Below, piece by piece: positions 60,352 to 64,000 of a stretch of 64,000 nt of DNA. The first letter of the stretch is position 1. Each line of letters opens with the position of its first letter. Below the pieces are notes generated by a model. That model saw nothing but the letters and a program-made list of their open reading frames with translations, had not been told where the DNA came from and did no database searches. The stretch spans positions 2,529-66,528 of the forward strand of contig JBGAOR010000013.1 of the NCBI GenBank assembly GCA_044221705.1, given 5' to 3'. The position numbers and the translations under genes are program-made. Origin of the DNA: Planctomycetota bacterium (GTDB taxonomy: Bacteria > Planctomycetota > UBA1135 > GCA-002686595).

Positions 60352-60864
60352 TCAGATCCGGTGCATGAACCGGAACACGCGCTCGTGCATCACGCGCACG
60401 ACGTAGTCGTCCTGGCCGCCGAGGCACTCCATGCAGCGCTTCAGCTCGCCGAACTTCGAGCCCGGCGGCAGCTCGACGGTCAGCACCATGTGGAAGTAGC
60501 CCTCGATCATCTTCTGCGAGATGTCGTGCACGCTGCCGCCGGCCTGCGCGAGCGCGCCGGTGATCTCGGCCAGCACGCCCGGACGGTTCCGCCCCACCGC
60601 GGTGATCACGACGCTCGTCGCCGGATCGTCGTCGCTGGGCTCGGGCAGGTTCGGCAGCGAGCGCCGCGCGCGTTCGGCGTCGGGGCCGCGGTCGGGCGCG
60701 GGCTCGGCGTACGTTCCGCCAGTGCCGGTCACGATCCGCACGCCGAGCTCCTCCGCGACGGAGAGCGCGTGCGGCGTCGCCAGCGTCTCGCCGTCCACGA
60801 CGATCTGCCCGCCGGCCGGAGCCAGGCGGCGCACGTCGTCGGCGGTCAGGTAGCGGCGGGCCAC
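60352..60864 (-). CDS. ACT-domain (UPF0237-like) protein with an N-terminal extension, last gene of the BMC shell operon
   Basis: The C-terminal 90 aa (VVITAVGRNRPGVLAEITGALAQAGGSVHDISQKMIEGYFHMVLTVEL) resemble single-ACT UPF0237 proteins. The N-terminal 45 aa or so (YLTADDVRRLAPAGGQIVVDGETLATPHALSVAEELGVRIV) are of unknown function. GTG start lies 13 nt after the BMC-T stop. Confidence 0.7.
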   Translation of the reverse strand: MARRYLTADDVRRLAPAGGQIVVDGETLATPHALSVAEELGVRIVTGTGGTYAEPAPDRGPDAERARRSLPNLPEPSDDDPATSVVITAVGRNRPGVLAEITGALAQAGGSVHDISQKMIEGYFHMVLTVELPPGSKFGELKRCMECLGGQDDYVVRVMHERVFRFMHRI

Positions 60865-60877
60865 GGCGGTGTCGCGA

Positions 60878-61474
60878 TCAGAGGTGGCGCACGAGCTCGG
60901 GGTGCGGGCGCGGGATCACGACCTCGCGTGCGAGCAGGCCGCGCTCCTGGGCCGCGCGCGCACCGGCCGCGACCGAGCTGCGCACGTCGCTGACCTCGCC
61001 GGTCAGCGTGAAGAAGCTCTTCCCGCCCAGGCCGTTCGCGATGCGCACGTCGATCAGGTCGACCGTCGCCGTCTTCAGCGCGACGTCCGCGCTGGAGATC
61101 GTGGCCGCCACCGTCGTCGTCTCGATCACGCCGATCGCGTCGAGCGTGCCGTTGATGCGTCCACCCTTGCGCTTCAGCATCGGCACGACCTGCTCGTGGA
61201 TCTGCGGGATCACGAGCTGGTCGACCAGGTCGGATCCGGCGAGGGCCGCGCCGCGCGCCGCGCTGGCGCGCACGTCGGCGACGGCGCCCGTGAAGAGCAT
61301 CACGTACTTGCCCGGCTGCACCGGCGTCGAGAAGAGCAGCTCGACGCGCGCTTCCTTGAGCACGGCGTCGGCCACCTCGACGCCCTTGGCGACGCTGGCC
61401 AGCTCCAGCACTCCGATCGCCACGTCGAGCTCGGCGTCGTCGCGGACTTCGGGATTGTGGTCGTTGCGGTTCAT
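60878..61474 (-). CDS. BMC-T shell protein (tandem BMC domains), similar to Haliangium BMC-T1
   Basis: Two BMC domains (AIGVLELASVAKGVEVADAVLKEA ... and AIGVIETTTVAATISSADVALKTA ... GKSFFTLTGEVSDVRSSV). ATGA overlap with the upstream BMC-P gene. Confidence 0.88.
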   Translation of the reverse strand: MNRNDHNPEVRDDAELDVAIGVLELASVAKGVEVADAVLKEARVELLFSTPVQPGKYVMLFTGAVADVRASAARGAALAGSDLVDQLVIPQIHEQVVPMLKRKGGRINGTLDAIGVIETTTVAATISSADVALKTATVDLIDVRIANGLGGKSFFTLTGEVSDVRSSVAAGARAAQERGLLAREVVIPRPHPELVRHL

Positions 61475-61806
61475 GACGTTCCCCTGCTGCCCTTCCCGGG
61501 CCGGTCGTGCTCGCGCGTCGGACCGACGATGCGGCCTTCCTCGAGCTCCATCGTGTCGATGATCGCGGCGATCGCCGTCTGGAATCCGATGTCGTGGCTG
61601 CGGCCGATCGCGTGGCGCGCGGCGCGGCCGAAGACGACGAGCACGCGCTCGCCGATCCCGGCGCCCAGCGGATCCACGGCCACGAGCGTCTCCGCGGATT
61701 CGCGGCCGTCCGTCGTGAACGGGCGCACGACGAGGAAGCGCAGGCCGACGAGGCTCGGGTCCTTCTTCGTGGCCCACACGTTGCCGACGACGGTGCCGAC
61801 GAGCAT
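61471..61806 (-). CDS. BMC-P pentameric vertex protein (EutN/CcmL family)
   Basis: MLVGTVVGNVWATKKDPSLVGLRFLVV ... AVDPLGAGIGERVLVVFG is a canonical EutN/CcmL sequence. Confidence 0.88.
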   Translation of the reverse strand: MLVGTVVGNVWATKKDPSLVGLRFLVVRPFTTDGRESAETLVAVDPLGAGIGERVLVVFGRAARHAIGRSHDIGFQTAIAAIIDTMELEEGRIVGPTREHDRPGKGSRGTS

Positions 61807-62163
61807 CTAGAGGCCTCCCCCGAGCGGCTTGCGCTCGGCGGCGAGCCGCGCCGGATCCCTCATGCGCCAGGATGCGGGCGCGTCGGGCACGTCGAAGTCG
61901 TCGACGATGCCGACGATCGCGGCCTCGAAGGCGAAGTCGCCGTCCAGGCCGAGCTGCGCGACGCGCGCGGCCTTGCCGAACGCGACGACGACGTGCTCGC
62001 CGATCGCGGCGCCCAACGGATCGGCGGCCACGACCGGCGTGACCTTGGGCGCGCCCGGCTCGCGGCGCTCGTCGAGCGCTTCGACCACGAGCAGCCGCAG
62101 CCCGGCCAGGTCCTGGACCTTCTTCGTCGCCCACACCTCGCCCACGACGCGCCCGAGGAACAT
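61807..62163 (-). CDS. BMC-P pentameric vertex protein (EutN/CcmL family), second copy
   Basis: MFLGRVVGEVWATKKVQDLAGLRLLVV ... AADPLGAAIGEHVVVAFG. The start shares one base with the upstream stop (TGATG), and the stop abuts the next start. Confidence 0.85.
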   Translation of the reverse strand: MFLGRVVGEVWATKKVQDLAGLRLLVVEALDERREPGAPKVTPVVAADPLGAAIGEHVVVAFGKAARVAQLGLDGDFAFEAAIVGIVDDFDVPDAPASWRMRDPARLAAERKPLGGGL

Positions 62164-62804
62164 CAGATGCTCCCCGCGTTCGCGCGGCCGCGCAGGCCCT
62201 CGAGCGCGCGCCGCACGGCCTTGACCGCCTCGTCGATCTCCGCGTCCGTCCCGGCGAGGCGCAGCCGTCCGACCGCGCCCTCGGCGCCGAGTCCGACGAT
62301 GCGGATCGGCGAGGCCTTCTCGGCCTCGTTCGCCGCGAGCGTCACGTACACCGCCGGGTTCACCTCGAGCGTGTAGAGCGTGTCGTCGCCCAGGACGAGC
62401 ATCCCCGCGCGCGTCCGGTTGATCATCATCGCGTGGTGGTCGCTGATCTTGCGGATGATCTCGCTCGTCAGGAGGTTCGGCTTGAGCGCGTCCTCGAACG
62501 TGACGCCCGCCGCCTTCAGGATCAGCTCGCCGGCCTGGCGCACCATGCCCTGGTCGGGGCCGTGCACCTCGAGCGTGCCGTAGCTGCGCTCGGTCACGAG
62601 CGCCCCGGGCTTCACGTCGCAGCTCTTCAGCGCGACGTCCATCAGGCGGTTGATCACGATGCCCGGCTGGACCTCGAGCCAGAACGCGGCTTCGCCCGTG
62701 ACGGGGAAGAACCCGTCCGAGTTCGTGGCCACGGTCGCGGCGAACTGCGGTTGCATCTGGTCGATGAACACCGCGCCGCGCAGCTCGATTCCGGAGTGCG
62801 TCAT
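62163..62804 (-). CDS. BMC-T shell protein (CsoS1D-like permuted tandem BMC), similar to Haliangium BMC-T2/T3
   Basis: VFIDQMQPQFAATVA, AFWLEVQPGIVINRLMDVALK, YGTLEVHGPDQG, LAANEAEKA and GRLRLAGTDAEIDEAV match my recollection of the double-stacking trimer family. Confidence 0.85.
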   Translation of the reverse strand: MTHSGIELRGAVFIDQMQPQFAATVATNSDGFFPVTGEAAFWLEVQPGIVINRLMDVALKSCDVKPGALVTERSYGTLEVHGPDQGMVRQAGELILKAAGVTFEDALKPNLLTSEIIRKISDHHAMMINRTRAGMLVLGDDTLYTLEVNPAVYVTLAANEAEKASPIRIVGLGAEGAVGRLRLAGTDAEIDEAVKAVRRALEGLRGRANAGSI

Positions 62805-62843
62805 GCCTCACGTGTCCCGCGGCGGCGCCGCGGGATCCGCGTG

Positions 62844-63134
62844 TCACTTCGTTTCCGGGAGCGGCGGCAGGAAGAGGTCGAGGTCGCCCGCGGGGCGCGG
62901 GATCACGTGCTGGCCGACCAGCTCGCCGACGCGCTTCGCGGCCGCGGCGCCGGCTTCGACGGCGGCCTTCACGGCGCCGACCTCGCCGCGCACGAGCACG
63001 GTCATCAGCGCTCCGCCGCTGCGTTCCTTGCCGATCAACGTGACCTTCGCGGCCTTGCACATGGCGTCCGCGGCTTCGACGGCGCCGACGAGACCCTTCG
63101 TCTCGATCATGCCCAGGGCGATCATGCTGTCCAT
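62844..63134 (-). CDS. BMC-H hexameric shell protein (PduA/EutM/CcmK type)
   Basis: [32 protein letters not shown] ... [15 protein letters not shown] is the canonical BMC domain. Confidence 0.92.
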   Translation of the reverse strand: MDSMIALGMIETKGLVGAVEAADAMCKAAKVTLIGKERSGGALMTVLVRGEVGAVKAAVEAGAAAAKRVGELVGQHVIPRPAGDLDLFLPPLPETK

Positions 63135-63194
63135 CGTCTTCGAACCTCTGCGTGGGGTGTCGGGGGATGCGGGGATCGGTCGTGCGCGAGGCGG

Positions 63195-64000
63195 TCAGGC
63201 CTTGCACGAACCGGTGGTGATCTCGTGGTGCGCGCAGCCCTTGCAGGGGCCGAGCGGACAGCCCGTGCCGGCATTCGCGAGCAGGGACTGGATGTCGCTG
63301 GTGGAGAGTCCGGAGCCCTGCTGCACGTTCGACTTCGGCGCAGCCGGCGCGACCGGTCGCGGCGCGGGCGCGAGCGTCGCCGTCGCAGTCGACTGAGGCT
63401 GCACGAAGCTCGGCGGCGCGCTCTTCGTGCCCGCGCCGACCTTGGAGGTCCAGGCCGTCGCGGTCGCGGCCGGAGCGGCGCTCGCGGGCAGCGCCGGCGC
63501 CGCGGACACCGCGGGGTTGCCGCGCCAGTTGCTGGACGCGTCGGGCGTGAACGCGGACGACGACGCGCGCGGCGCGGCGCCGGACAGGGCCGGATCGCCG
63601 GGGAGCCCGGATCCGCGCGGCATGCCTTCCTTGGTCAGCGCGGCGACGCGCTCGTGGTCGCGGCGATCGATGTCGGCCCAGTCGCGGCGCGGGAAGGCGA
63701 CGCGCTTCACGTTGAGCAGGTGCCGCGCCGAGATGTTGTCGCTCGTGATGTTCCCGGCCTGCGGGCCGCAGCCCAGCGAGAACGAGGCCACGAGGTTCGT
63801 CGCGTAGCCGACCGCGCCCTGCGAGCACGGCCCGTTCACGACGATGCGGTTCGCGGGCTTCTCCAGGAAGAACGCGTCGAGCACGCGCTCGTCCTTGGCG
63901 TGGATCCCGAGCGTGTGGCCGAGCCCGTCGGACTCGAGCATCGCGATCGAGGTCTTGCAGCCCTCTTCCCAGCCGTTCACGAGGTGCAGCGACAGGACCG
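63195..64000 (-). CDS. CoA-acylating aldehyde dehydrogenase (PduP/EutE-like) with a long C-terminal extension; 5' part lies outside the window
   Basis: LESDGLGHTLGIHAKD, RIVVNGPCSQGAVGYATNLVASFSLGCG and ISARHLLNVKRVA match the C-terminal end of acetylating aldehyde dehydrogenases. The frame stays open past 64000. A 165-aa extension follows the catalytic domain. Confidence 0.8.
   Translation of the reverse strand, partial: VLSLHLVNGWEEGCKTSIAMLESDGLGHTLGIHAKDERVLDAFFLEKPANRIVVNGPCSQGAVGYATNLVASFSLGCGPQAGNITSDNISARHLLNVKRVAFPRRDWADIDRRDHERVAALTKEGMPRGSGLPGDPALSGAAPRASSSAFTPDASSNWRGNPAVSAAPALPASAAPAATATAWTSKVGAGTKSAPPSFVQPQSTATATLAPAPRPVAPAAPKSNVQQGSGLSTSDIQSLLANAGTGCPLGPCKGCAHHEITTGSCKA

Overview
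High-GC (about 70%), gene-dense bacterial chromosomal window. I found no rRNA, tRNA, CRISPR array, transposase or integrase. True coding frames stand out by near-saturated GC at codon position 3 and by recognisable protein families. Most other long ORFs in the track are antisense or off-frame artefacts rich in Arg, Ala, Gly and Pro. Start codons are my best estimates; several are GTG or TTG.

Gene content, in order:
- Aromatic amino acid genes: phhA (cut by the window edge), a fused chorismate mutase / prephenate dehydratase / ACT / DAHP synthase gene, and ppa.
- A minus-strand glycan operon: TerC, a hypothetical protein, a GH38-like mannosidase and a DUF4434-like protein, next to a plus-strand GHL10-like glycosidase.
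- A translationally coupled arginine supercluster, argR-argC-argB-argD-argF-(dinB-like)-argG-argH-argJ, with an ARG-box-like operator pair over the argR start.
- A coupled trio of NHL-repeat protein, small secreted protein and di-haem cytochrome c peroxidase.
- Two large secreted proteins (LVIVD / choice-of-anchor-B-like, and a thermolysin-like gluzincin).
- recG, two paralogous secreted proteins with a degenerate HExxH, a beta-CASP RNase and mgtE.
- An envelope glycosylation group: lipoprotein, GT-C-like membrane protein, HEAT-repeat protein, GT4 and a PLC-like protein.
- An operon of two B12-binding radical SAM enzymes plus a coupled 63-aa ORF.
- Two further secreted proteins, DUF695-like, VOC and OMP genes.
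- The shell end of a Haliangium-type bacterial microcompartment (BMC) locus that runs off the right edge.

Most interesting candidates:
1. The radical SAM / radical SAM / small-peptide operon (50573..54926). Both enzymes end in PqqD/RRE-like tails, which suggests an unclassified RiPP-like or rSAM-modified-peptide system.
2. A conserved Cys-containing C-terminal domain of about 130-160 aa shared by four otherwise unrelated secreted proteins. It may be an undescribed sorting or anchoring module.
3. The BMC aldehyde dehydrogenase, which has a long disordered tail, a putative encapsulation helix and a terminal Cys/His cluster.

The content looks Myxococcota-like, but I cannot establish taxonomy from this window alone.
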